A stretch of 53,819 nucleotides of DNA, taken from assembly GCA_943788985.1 (NCBI GenBank), contig CALSSJ010000001.1:1-53819 (forward strand). The letters run 5' to 3'. Numbering within the stretch: the stretch's first letter is position 1; each line of letters opens with the position of its first letter. The position numbers and the translations under genes are program-made. The DNA comes from an uncultured Lentisphaerales bacterium (lineage in GTDB: Bacteria > Verrucomicrobiota > Lentisphaeria > JABSQK01 > UBA12247). The notes under the pieces are model-generated. The model worked only from the letters and a program-made list of their open reading frames with translations. It was not told where the DNA came from and did no database searches. Positions 30,001 to 38,141 of the stretch are shown piece by piece.

Positions 30001-32619
30001 AATCACTTCCGCATCAATCGTCAGTGTGACATGGGCTGAAGCGGTCCAAGACGTGGGTCCTGGAGGCGCGCTGCTGGACGCGAAGGCCAGTCCTTTGTTG
30101 TCCGTACCGTCGAGCCAGGACTGCAGGACTGGGCCAAGCCCGCTGTAGACCGTGCTGTCTGTGCCTTGCTTGCCTGTTGTGATCACGTTCGGGAAATAAT
30201 CAGCTGCAGAAAAGCTGCTGCCCGATGCCCACGTCACCTTCCGATCGGCGTGATTGAACGTGGCGGTTTCGAGGTTCCACGTTGTCTTCATCGGGTGGAC
30301 CGTACCGTCATTTCCGCCGAGATAGCGCGTTTGCGGCGTGCCCGCGATGCCTGCCGTGAGGGTTGCAGCATTGATTTTGTAGGATTGGCCTTTCCCCAAG
30401 GTCCCCAGCTCGTGCTCTAGTGTATTCTTCAGCACCGCGGTGCCCAGTGAAATCAGAGCCACTTGCTGGTTGCCAGGCTGCGACGTGGTGCTGAAATTCG
30501 CATTCTTGAGATTCCTGTTGTGGTACGGCGCGTAGCCAATGGCAATCTGGTTGATGGTCAGGCCGTCTGCAACGCCGATGGTAATCTCAGCTGTCCCTCC
30601 CAGCTCAGCATCCTTCTGTTCTAATTCAATCGACTTATCGATGTCCGCCTGGAAGATCTTCTGGAACTCTTCGACCGACAGCCTGCCGCCGGGGTAAAGA
30701 GTGGGCGCGGTATAGGCACCGTCTGTCCAGCGCAGATTGCGAAGCTGGCGTGTGCCCGGCCAGGTCCCTCCGCTCAGAATGGTCTTGGGCTCGCCAGGCA
30801 GCCTGTGCAGACCTGCGACAATTTGTAGATCGGTGATTCCCTGCCAGCTTGCAGGAAGCGCTGGCGTTTTGGTACTGCGGGGTTGTAGATCAGACAGCGC
30901 GATGCTGACGGTCTGCCAATCATCAGTCTTGGCCAACGGCTTTTCGCAGTAGTAGCTGCTCTTCGTCAGTCCGGCATAGGCACCCCAGTTGTTCACGTCA
31001 AAGGCCATCAGAAAGGTCCCGCCCTGGGAATCCTTGACGTCGATGGTCAGGCTGGCTCCGTCGGGACCGCGCCATTTCGGATCGGTCAGTTTGCGGGTAC
31101 CAGACAGGGCGTGGTGCGGGTTGGGCCAGCCAATCCTGTACCAGTCGTCCCAGTCAGCGAACGACTCCTGAATCATGCGTTCGGGACGGTCTGTCTCCTT
31201 GACGCCAGCAGCCTGCAACGCTGGCGGATCAAAGACCGCTTCCCAAGTGCTGACCAGGAAGTTGGCCGGTGATGGTCCGGTCCATGGTGACCCGATTAGG
31301 GGCCGCGGCTGTGGATACGCAACATTGGCCATCACAAACAACGGCATGGCCCCGCTCATGATCGGCAGCTGAGCGTTCCAGACATCACCATCGCGAACCG
31401 TCTCTGCACGCCGCCAGTAGCGGGTAAGTGCGTGCGGATTGATGCTGTAATAGACCTGAACCCGTTGCACCTGATCGACCGCATCCGGCGTGACCGTGGC
31501 CACAGGAATTCCATCGGGAGGCCCCAGATTCACGGCTAAATCAGGCCGCGCTGGAAACGCTTCCTCCCCCTTCAGAAAAGCGTTGAAGAAACGCAATCGG
31601 GCAAATGCTGACTCCGCAACGTGACGATGGTTGAGATGGGGAGAGATGCTGAAATGCACCAGCGAGCGGTCAGCAATGGCTTGCCAATTGTGGTTCAGGT
31701 CATCATAAATGCAGTTGAAATCGTTCTGCGGGCTCTGACCGAGAATCGGACAGGTAAGATTGCGCAGCGATGCCGTGGCGTCGATCGTCTTGCTGTACAG
31801 CTTGTCTCCGACCCGCCGGTCAGCAGAAGAACCAGGACGGGCAATGTTCTCCGCCTGCGTGATCCCAGCGCCGCCACACGATGGCACGGCTGCCTTAATA
31901 CGCGGATCGAGCCCCGCCACCTGCCCGGTAATCGTCCCGCCCATGGAATGTCCATACACGCCCAGGCGGTCGGCATCGACCACCGCTTGCTGTTCCAGAA
32001 AGGTCAAGCCTCGCCGGGTTGCAAGCGTCAGGATGAACCAGTTGTTGTTGCGCGGGCTGTAGACAGTTTCGGCCGTTTTGTCGTCCGGGGTCAACCGGAA
32101 ATAGTGGCTGACGTGCTTCTGGGTTGGGTCAATCGCGCCCCAGTCCGTTCCGGGCTCGCCCGGTTTCTGATCCGCCAGTTCACGACCGCCCCAGTTCAGC
32201 GAAATGCTGGCATACCCATTGGCAGCATCAACCAGTACCGTGGTCTTATCCGCGCGCTGGCCGCCGCCATGCACCTGCACCAGCCCGGGGACCTTCCCGC
32301 CTGCATCCGTTGGATACGCATAGTAGGCGGAAATCCGACTGATCGTGCCTTTGAAGGTCCCGACCGCAAAGGTCAGCATCTGCACCTTCACCGCCTTGCC
32401 CTGGTAGGTATCCTCCCACTCGCGAACGATCGTCACGTCCAGCGGTTCGGCCCGCGGTTCGTAGCCCGCCCAGGCCTGTTCAAGCGTCGCCGGAACCTTA
32501 TTCTGTTCTACAGGCGGCAGCGAGTCCGCGGCCCTGCAGGCCATACCGAGACTGGAGCAGAAGAGGAGCAGGGCTAGAAGGAAATTGCTGCGGTCGTTCA
32601 GTCGAGTGATGTTGGTCAT
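27052..32619 (-). CDS. ~1855-aa secreted multimodular protein: alpha/beta-hydrolase (esterase), DNRLRE-like module, and an uncharacterised glycoside-hydrolase-like region
   Basis: signal peptide after MTNITR (ATG 32619, in frame with the 1942-aa ORF); VHGGGQ and GVYGHSMGG; INAATLT...TTWN..TATFN...VLQSWLDGTDNKGLAF; FEVNEAMFPRGRADM...NGMKL...NFDAVE. Confidence 0.8.
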   Translation of the reverse strand: MTNITRLNDRSNFLLALLLFCSSLGMACRAADSLPPVEQNKVPATLEQAWAGYEPRAEPLDVTIVREWEDTYQGKAVKVQMLTFAVGTFKGTISRISAYYAYPTDAGGKVPGLVQVHGGGQRADKTTVLVDAANGYASISLNWGGRELADQKPGEPGTDWGAIDPTQKHVSHYFRLTPDDKTAETVYSPRNNNWFILTLATRRGLTFLEQQAVVDADRLGVYGHSMGGTITGQVAGLDPRIKAAVPSCGGAGITQAENIARPGSSADRRVGDKLYSKTIDATASLRNLTCPILGQSPQNDFNCIYDDLNHNWQAIADRSLVHFSISPHLNHRHVAESAFARLRFFNAFLKGEEAFPARPDLAVNLGPPDGIPVATVTPDAVDQVQRVQVYYSINPHALTRYWRRAETVRDGDVWNAQLPIMSGAMPLFVMANVAYPQPRPLIGSPWTGPSPANFLVSTWEAVFDPPALQAAGVKETDRPERMIQESFADWDDWYRIGWPNPHHALSGTRKLTDPKWRGPDGASLTIDVKDSQGGTFLMAFDVNNWGAYAGLTKSSYYCEKPLAKTDDWQTVSIALSDLQPRSTKTPALPASWQGITDLQIVAGLHRLPGEPKTILSGGTWPGTRQLRNLRWTDGAYTAPTLYPGGRLSVEEFQKIFQADIDKSIELEQKDAELGGTAEITIGVADGLTINQIAIGYAPYHNRNLKNANFSTTSQPGNQQVALISLGTAVLKNTLEHELGTLGKGQSYKINAATLTAGIAGTPQTRYLGGNDGTVHPMKTTWNLETATFNHADRKVTWASGSSFSAADYFPNVITTGKQGTDSTVYSGLGPVLQSWLDGTDNKGLAFASSSAPPGPTSWTASAHVTLTIDAEVIGAQAETVLGNEQLRIAMAADGTLAAIRNEKGPLALHPYNVNKPLFTVTLVENVYGLNTGTRRTLTLRPVKQEGDTITLTPETEALPTFTFRTIDKGSYFVLELLSMENPLTEHAHVLTMENIRGGNWLPLDSVTRKSWNPTRYNPSFFGVLRRSERNPLGSIAMWYPEDEEEDDEMLYQVWANESIPHPKVDGEWTVARAKEWIADYIQMRQELSTMMVIGPRKPEDLQPLVDEAKKFGIGSVYMHLNTWGDRYWATDRDNFEVNEAMFPRGRADMTAFGTYLEDNGMKLTFRTTSYALGQKHPVYVGTAPDERLAYWWQGTLTKDTDAKATEITVAEGNEHLTHYERHDSHVDMRCMQIGNELVAFGSYMDNGDGTWTLKGCQRGLYDTDAAAHTAGETARGLYRSYGLAFAPDPDSSLLPEMAKRFGEFHDDVNAGSANFDAVEAHVMMVPYGAGAFMGEVYRHIDHPVVSDTSGEQQFWGFIEPLFHSVQNALDPTRNERPPRIPLGELKIALHQSHWSASSPYAYCYGVPHMSVAGLNASVSEQAGFHDLTLETIHGHGLMAYYAKVFRQWRELGPGLPQTIKERMYSTWYKNPFSPNFRYSLIDELFRFEGEGDDLSVVPFRVMKRKGVDRGWTVHQEHGTIYPYQYIRPGQDPIRVNNPYKSQVPEFIIRVMPDFNRDLASMRLTANGETAAEKAFHDMLDKFQGASGVVIEEHIPEDLSGTDISYRIMPAPATVQQRGGNTLVKEGEGVRITCSNPTDKQLELVARRGDSLPFYRVKTDITNAGGLGMVVTSDGSGAILVVRTSGQGGRDYVVHLDFTGKRYIEIPSPQVSWADGRWPFFDHYKRWRGNNISKISLGIDRVKPNSEASVLLEDLRFLPEKPSALVNPSIHLGSGSITINGTIPSDRYLWYQGGNTVGVYDLNWNKLQDLPVALVNAEAASGDVDLSVTHLEMNGSPWLEVQVFVKDAPMPVKPGN

Positions 32620-32659
32620 GTTCTTGCTGTGGGAGTGTCTGATAGGAAATTGCTTTTTC

Positions 32660-32800
32660 CCGATGAACGCAGGATACGCTGATGGACGGTGGTAATTCGC
32701 GTCCACCCGGGCTGTGTAGACCGGGGCGTTCTGGCCGTTCACTGAAACGGTGTACTGGGTTGAGAGCGGCTCCCCCGCCGCCGGCGAAACGTGAGTGCTG
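32660..32800 (-). pseudogene. short remnant resembling the N-terminus of a secreted glycoside hydrolase
   Basis: HVSPAAGEPLSTQYTVSVNGQNAPVYTARV lies in frame upstream of the signal peptide of the giant gene. Confidence 0.3.
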
Positions 32801-32883
32801 TTCCGTGTGTGGGGGGCATCGGATGTCCTTCTTGATCTTGTCCGCGCGCTCCGTCGGTGGTTCCAACAATGGGTATTCAACCA

Positions 32884-33648
32884 TCAGTGCTTCCAGGCAT
32901 AATGACGGCCGGCGTCGAATTCAGGCTGTTGCAGGTACTCGTTGACGCCACGAACCGCTTCACCGCGCAGCAGGAAGGACGAATCCCAGGGCTGCTCCGT
33001 GATCCGCGTGCTGGTCGGTATGTAACGGATCGTCAATCCCATCCGCCACTGGTCCGACGTATTGGCTTCCGAACCATGAATGATGTTGGGGTGGTGCATG
33101 GAAAGGTCGCCGGGGTTTAGTTCCAAGTCAACTGCCTTGCTTTCATCCACTAAACCGGCGTCCATACTCGAGCCGAGAGTGCTGTCGACATCTTTCCGCT
33201 CGTTCATCTCCTGCAGATCCATATGCTGCGTGCGCGGGATCACCCTCATGCAGCCGTTCGCCTGGTTTGATTCCGATACCGCGAGCCACATGGTTGTGAC
33301 TTCCATCGGTTCCAATGGCCAGTAACTGCCATCTTGGTGCCAAAGCACAGGACGGCCGGTCTTTGGTGGCTTGCAAATATAGTGGGAAGCGAACAGCGCA
33401 ATGTTCGGACCGATAAACTGCTCCGCCACATCGAGGAGACGGTTGTCGCCGACCAGCCGCAACCAGAACGGATCGTCCCTGACCAAATTACTGTGCAACT
33501 CGTCCGGCTTTAGGTCGGGGTGCCTTTTCAACAGCCAGTGGACATGCCCCTGAGCCTCTGCGATCAGCGCTGGATCGAGAACATTGCGCACAATCACATA
33601 CCCCTCACGCTCATAGGTTGCCCTGACATCACGTAAATCACTCATCAA
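32884..33648 (-). CDS. PhyH-family Fe(II)/2-oxoglutarate dioxygenase
   Basis: YEREGYVIVRNV, KPP, WHQDGSYW (HxD), NGCMRVIP.T, HGSEANTS..WR. Confidence 0.9.
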   Translation of the reverse strand: MMSDLRDVRATYEREGYVIVRNVLDPALIAEAQGHVHWLLKRHPDLKPDELHSNLVRDDPFWLRLVGDNRLLDVAEQFIGPNIALFASHYICKPPKTGRPVLWHQDGSYWPLEPMEVTTMWLAVSESNQANGCMRVIPRTQHMDLQEMNERKDVDSTLGSSMDAGLVDESKAVDLELNPGDLSMHHPNIIHGSEANTSDQWRMGLTIRYIPTSTRITEQPWDSSFLLRGEAVRGVNEYLQQPEFDAGRHYAWKH

Positions 33649-33702
33649 TCACGATCCTCTTTGGATTTGTTTACTATCTCTGTTTGTCAACGACGTCACA
33701 GA

Positions 33703-34500
33703 TCAATTGTTCTGGTTCTGCGCTGCTCGCATTTCGCGTGCGGTTTGTCGCTGCTGCTGCCAAGGAACATTGATTGGCACTGTGCGAGTAGCGGCACCAA
33801 TAGAAGCGCCAAGAATGAGGGCACGGCGCGGAATCTCGGAGTGGTTGGCAGGCGCATGGTGAAGAGTGAAACCACCATGAAAGGTGGCTCCACCGGGCCG
33901 CAGTGGACAGGCCACGACTGCCTTCACATGTTCCGCCAGCAACTCCGGCAGTAGTTCTAGGCCATGCACGCGGGGATCGTTGTTGATGGGCCGATGCGGC
34001 AGGATCTCAAGCACGTTGCTGCCGGGGACAAAGTGCATGCAGCCATTCTCTGGCGTTGCTTCCTGCAGGGGGACCCAGACCGACACGGCAGTATCGATTA
34101 CTGCCGGATTCCAATACGCCGCATCCTGATGCCATGGCGTCTCCGCCCCGTGCTGCGCCGGTTTAAAAATGGCGTGGGAAAAGTCTGCCTCTACTACCTG
34201 TCCGAACAGGTCTGACAAGGCCAGGCTACAGTTCCGTCGCAGCAGCGAATCGTTCAGCTCCGGTGCGTATCGGGCCGGCCCCAGAATCTGGGGTAGCGCA
34301 GCTTCCTGGCCTTCCTCATCGGCTCCTGCCAAGTCAAATTGATCCCCGCGATTGCGCCCGCGGCGCTCAGCAAACAAGGCATCATAAATCTCCCGCAGGA
34401 AGGCAACATCTTCCTGTGTCGTCAAGGAATCAATCGCCAGAAAGCCATCCTTCTGAAAGCTGCGTATCTGCTCTCGATTCAGGATCTTCTTATTCGTCAT
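33703..34500 (-). CDS. PhyH-family Fe(II)/2-oxoglutarate dioxygenase
   Basis: FQKDGFL, FKP, TPWHQDAAYW, ENGCMHFVPGS, LHHAPANHS..PRR. Confidence 0.9.
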   Translation of the reverse strand: MTNKKILNREQIRSFQKDGFLAIDSLTTQEDVAFLREIYDALFAERRGRNRGDQFDLAGADEEGQEAALPQILGPARYAPELNDSLLRRNCSLALSDLFGQVVEADFSHAIFKPAQHGAETPWHQDAAYWNPAVIDTAVSVWVPLQEATPENGCMHFVPGSNVLEILPHRPINNDPRVHGLELLPELLAEHVKAVVACPLRPGGATFHGGFTLHHAPANHSEIPRRALILGASIGAATRTVPINVPWQQQRQTAREMRAAQNQNN

Positions 34501-34627
34501 GACCAGACTTCTCTTTGCGTCGTTGGTAATGGTGGTGCCACTCTGTCATCGTCTGGCAACGAGCCTCATCGGTCGACTAGCCGGAGTGGTCGAAGCGCTT
34601 CGTGAGTCACAGGAGGCCGAGGCGGAT

Positions 34628-34707
34628 AGTCTACCGGTGTAGATCACCAGCACAAGCAACTTTTTGCCTGAATAAGCATCATCTGTAAATCGATGTACAT
34701 CATTATG
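34628..34707 (-). promoter_or_regulatory. putative promoter and activator sites for the PhyH operon
   Basis: minus strand TTGTGC-N16-TAGACT (34655-34628), abutted by three imperfect direct repeats at 20-21 bp spacing (plus strand AGCAAC 34655, AGCATC 34675, TACATC 34696). Confidence 0.4.
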
Positions 34708-34828
34708 AACAAAGTGTTTAGGAGAGGGCCCAGGCGCGACGGCGAGCAGGCGGCTGTAATGATGATTCCCTCATTGCCAGGTTAGAGGTTAATATGGACA
34801 ATGGATCATGCAGGACTAAGTTGCCCCC

Positions 34829-35968
34829 ATGAAAGAACTTACGAGAGCAATTCTACTTGTGGCCGAGTGGGGTGACCACCGATTACAGCTCGGGGTAGCC
34901 CGCTATGCAAAGCAGGCTGGCTGGCATCTGAACTTGGATGCCGTCTACAACAACGTGCTGCCGCAGGGGTGGCGGGGCGACGGGTGCCTTGCTCTGATGA
35001 GCGACGAAAACTACGTCGGGTTCGTCCATTCGCTGGACGTGCCCGTGGTGGAAATCTCCCAGCAAACGGATAGCCCATTTCCAAAGGTTCATGAAGACAA
35101 TCACGCCATCGGCGTTCTGGCGGCCGAGTATCTTCTCGGGTTAGGGTTCGGGCACTTTGCCTGCTACCGCACATCGCCGCTGAACGTGGCAATGAGTCGT
35201 ATTCACGGTTTTTCCAGCAGGCTGTCAGAAGTGGGCCACACCGCGACCGAGATCGCCTGGTCCCCTCGCGGTCGGCGTCGACAGGGAGATTGGGACCAGC
35301 GCCTGAAGTGGCTGTCCACTGAGTTGCAGGCACTGCCAAAACCCGTCGCCCTGTTCTGTATCGATGATTGCATGGCGGCGGACATCATCGAGACCTGCAT
35401 GCATTGTGGAATCCGCATCCCGGACGATGTTTCGGTACTTGGCGTCGGCAACCTCGAACTTGCCTGCGAGGCTTCGACCGTCCCGATCTCGAGCATTCGA
35501 ATCGACTTCGAGAGCGTCGGCTTCCAGGCGGCAGAGCTTCTCGATCTCATTCTGGACGGTAAGCCGCCACCCGCTGAGCCCATACTCATTCCTCCTGCCG
35601 GGATCGCGGTGCGCCGCAGTACTTACACCTTGGCGGTAGAGGATCCGGCCAGCCGCAAGGCCGTGCGCTTCATGCTGGATAATTTTGCTTCACCGATCAA
35701 TATCAACGACATCGTCACTGCGACCGGCCTGAACCGGCGGCAGATCACATACGCCCTGCGCAAAGAGCTGGGCAAACCTCCGGCGGAATTGCTGGAAGAC
35801 ATCCGCATTGAAAACGCCTGTAAGCTGTTGGAGAAAACGAACTACCCGGTCAAGCGCGTCGCCTATGAAACCGGCCTTGGGACCGCGCTACGCCTGCAGC
35901 GCATCTTCCGGAAACGCTTCGCGACCACCCCCAGCGCCTGGCGCAGTGGCTCTATCTGCGCCACGTAG
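34829..35968 (+). CDS. XylR-type transcriptional regulator (LacI-like sensor plus C-terminal AraC HTH)
   Basis: GV.RYA...GW, DNHAIG.LAAEYL..LGF.HF, LPKPVALF..DD, IPDDVSVLGV.N, C-terminal VAYETG...L.RIFRK.F.TTP..WR. Confidence 0.9.
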   Translation: MKELTRAILLVAEWGDHRLQLGVARYAKQAGWHLNLDAVYNNVLPQGWRGDGCLALMSDENYVGFVHSLDVPVVEISQQTDSPFPKVHEDNHAIGVLAAEYLLGLGFGHFACYRTSPLNVAMSRIHGFSSRLSEVGHTATEIAWSPRGRRRQGDWDQRLKWLSTELQALPKPVALFCIDDCMAADIIETCMHCGIRIPDDVSVLGVGNLELACEASTVPISSIRIDFESVGFQAAELLDLILDGKPPPAEPILIPPAGIAVRRSTYTLAVEDPASRKAVRFMLDNFASPININDIVTATGLNRRQITYALRKELGKPPAELLEDIRIENACKLLEKTNYPVKRVAYETGLGTALRLQRIFRKRFATTPSAWRSGSICAT

Positions 35969-36193
35969 TTGGCCCGAAAGCGGCCAAGCGCGTCCTCAGA
36001 ATTGGCATGGGCGTGAATGAGTATTTTAAATGGGGAATCGGCGCTTTGACGGCAAGGGGAGGCGTTGCCCAGAGGCTGGGAGCACAGGCGGCCGGCCTGC
36101 TCCCCTTTTTCTGGGCGATGTGTTTGGTGTGGTTGTTTGGGGCTGGACTCGGCAAGAAACGTCTCACTTCGGATGCCGCTCGAGAAACGCTGG

Positions 36194-38128
36194 CTACTTT
36201 TTGGGGTACTCGATGGCGGTGCGGATGACGACGGCCCCGACGGAGCCAGGCTTGCCGTCGGGGAAGGACACGGTGACGGTGTTACTGGCCTGCAACTGGT
36301 CCGGCGTGAGGCGGATGATCTTGCAGGTGGCGTAGTCTTCGCCGTTGTCGATGCGCGTGGCCGCGGCTTCGTGCTGGACCGCCAAGGATTTGCCGTTGAG
36401 CTGGATCTCCACGTCTTGGCCAGAGCTGGAGGGGCGTGAGATGCCGACGCGAAGGATGCCGTAGGCAGCTTGCGCGGGTGAGCGGACCGCGACGGTGAAG
36501 CTGGCTTTGCCTTCGACGGCGGTGATGACGCGGTCGCCGTAGCAGGCGACTTCGTTGACGGTGCGCGTCGGGGCTACAGATGCGAACTCCGCAACCAGGA
36601 CGGCTGCTTCGCGAGAGGCGAGCTGGAGGCCATCGAGGGAATGCAGGGTGTCTTCGCGGTAATAGGGCGTGAAGTCGGCATTGCGACCGACGCGGCGGAG
36701 GGTGAGCCGCAGGGCTGTTGGGAGCGCGAGCGAGAAGGTCTTGACCTGCGGTGCTAGGTTGTTGATGATGGTGAAGACGCGGTTGCCATCGGCAAAGGCC
36801 TGGAGCTGGAGATCTGGATCGGGGGAGTGCACGGCAATGCGCTGGCCGCGGATGTCGCGCGCGAGTTGGTAGAATAGGATCTTCTGCGAAGCCACCCAGT
36901 CGTCTTTGTCGGTAAAGTTGCGTGGGGTGTAGAGGGTGGCGTAGTATTTCGGGTCCCAGCCCATGCTGGAGAGCAGGATGAAGGGGACGGCTTTTTTAAC
37001 TACGTGCGGATGGTCCATGAAGACCAGGGTGTTGGCGAGGGCTCCGCTGACCATGTTGAAGTCGTCAATGCTGCGCCGCTTCATCTCCCAGTCGAAGCCT
37101 CCGCCGGGGAAGTGCTTGGTCGCGAGGGCCGCGACATGGTCGTCGGCTCCGTAGGCACCGTGTTCGCTGAAGACAAGAGAGACTTCTTTGTCGTAGGTGT
37201 TCATGGTGTAGTTGCTGATAAGGTCGAGTACGGATTCGAGCGGAGTGCCACTGGTGACGCGTCCGCCGTCGAAGTCGCCATCTTTCTCCCCGAGGAAGTC
37301 GTAGGTGTGGAAGGAATAGAAGTCCATGGCGCAGTCGGTGCCGTCGATGAATTCCCGGAGGCCTTTGAAGGCGTGGTACTGGTTTTTGTAGAAGTAGCCG
37401 ATGGAGAGACAGGGCCCACCGACTTGGACGTCTGGCACGGAGGCATGGACGGCGTCTCGAGTCTTGAGGTGCCACTGCTGAAAGCGTGGATCCCGCCACA
37501 TGGACCAATGCGGCTCGTTTACGGGTTCGTAGAATGTCGGGCGATCGAAGTCGGTGTAGCCGTGTTTGAGAACGGCGGCTGAGAGTTCGGCTGCGGCGTC
37601 GAGATTCGCCGGAAGCGACTCGGGCTTTTTGGCTTTCGATGCTTGGTCGGTGGTCCATTTCTCCATGAAATCGGGGAAGGCGTTGTGCTGGCCGTGGGCT
37701 GCAATCTCGAGGCGGCCGTTCATGTCCTGCTTGAAGGCGGCGCTGGATTGGACCGGCGCGGACTGGCTGCGCAGGTAGTCCAGGTCGGCATAACCAGGCC
37801 GATTTGGGTCTTCCCGGACCATCCTGCCCCAGCGGTCGGCAGCCTGGACGACGCTGAGTTTTCGGCCAAAGGTCACGCCCAGGTCGCGCAGGTAGCGGTA
37901 GCGCTCAGGGGCCTGGCAGCGGGCATCAAAGCCGGTGCCGTGATCGCACAGGCCGAAGTAGGTCTCACGGCGGAGTTCGCTGATGCCACCGATCTGGCGA
38001 ATGCAGGTCGGGTCGACGGTCAGTACGATTGGGGCGGTTTCGGGCGCTGGCTCGGTGGTCCTGCAGCCGGAGAGGATGGCAAGGCAGGTGACAAGAAGAA
38101 GGAAGTGGCGGGCTTTCAAAAGAGGCAC
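36194..38128 (-). CDS. GH86-like beta-porphyranase/beta-agarase, lipoprotein
   Basis: lipobox LAILSGC; IGGISEL.RE.YF, YEPVNEP (acid/base), VGGP, MDFYSFHTYD, SEHG (nucleophile). Confidence 0.75.
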   Translation of the reverse strand: MPLLKARHFLLLVTCLAILSGCRTTEPAPETAPIVLTVDPTCIRQIGGISELRRETYFGLCDHGTGFDARCQAPERYRYLRDLGVTFGRKLSVVQAADRWGRMVREDPNRPGYADLDYLRSQSAPVQSSAAFKQDMNGRLEIAAHGQHNAFPDFMEKWTTDQASKAKKPESLPANLDAAAELSAAVLKHGYTDFDRPTFYEPVNEPHWSMWRDPRFQQWHLKTRDAVHASVPDVQVGGPCLSIGYFYKNQYHAFKGLREFIDGTDCAMDFYSFHTYDFLGEKDGDFDGGRVTSGTPLESVLDLISNYTMNTYDKEVSLVFSEHGAYGADDHVAALATKHFPGGGFDWEMKRRSIDDFNMVSGALANTLVFMDHPHVVKKAVPFILLSSMGWDPKYYATLYTPRNFTDKDDWVASQKILFYQLARDIRGQRIAVHSPDPDLQLQAFADGNRVFTIINNLAPQVKTFSLALPTALRLTLRRVGRNADFTPYYREDTLHSLDGLQLASREAAVLVAEFASVAPTRTVNEVACYGDRVITAVEGKASFTVAVRSPAQAAYGILRVGISRPSSSGQDVEIQLNGKSLAVQHEAAATRIDNGEDYATCKIIRLTPDQLQASNTVTVSFPDGKPGSVGAVVIRTAIEYPKK

Positions 38129-38141
38129 TCTTGGGCGGGGG

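Noticed and set aside
32620..32880. 87-aa N-terminal extension making the giant ORF 1942 aa
   Set aside because: A clear signal peptide begins after ATG 32619; the upstream in-frame segment looks like an unrelated remnant plus non-coding sequence.
32884..34500. Non-heme iron halogenases
   Set aside because: Both proteins keep the HxD carboxylate (HQD), whereas halogenases have HxA/G.
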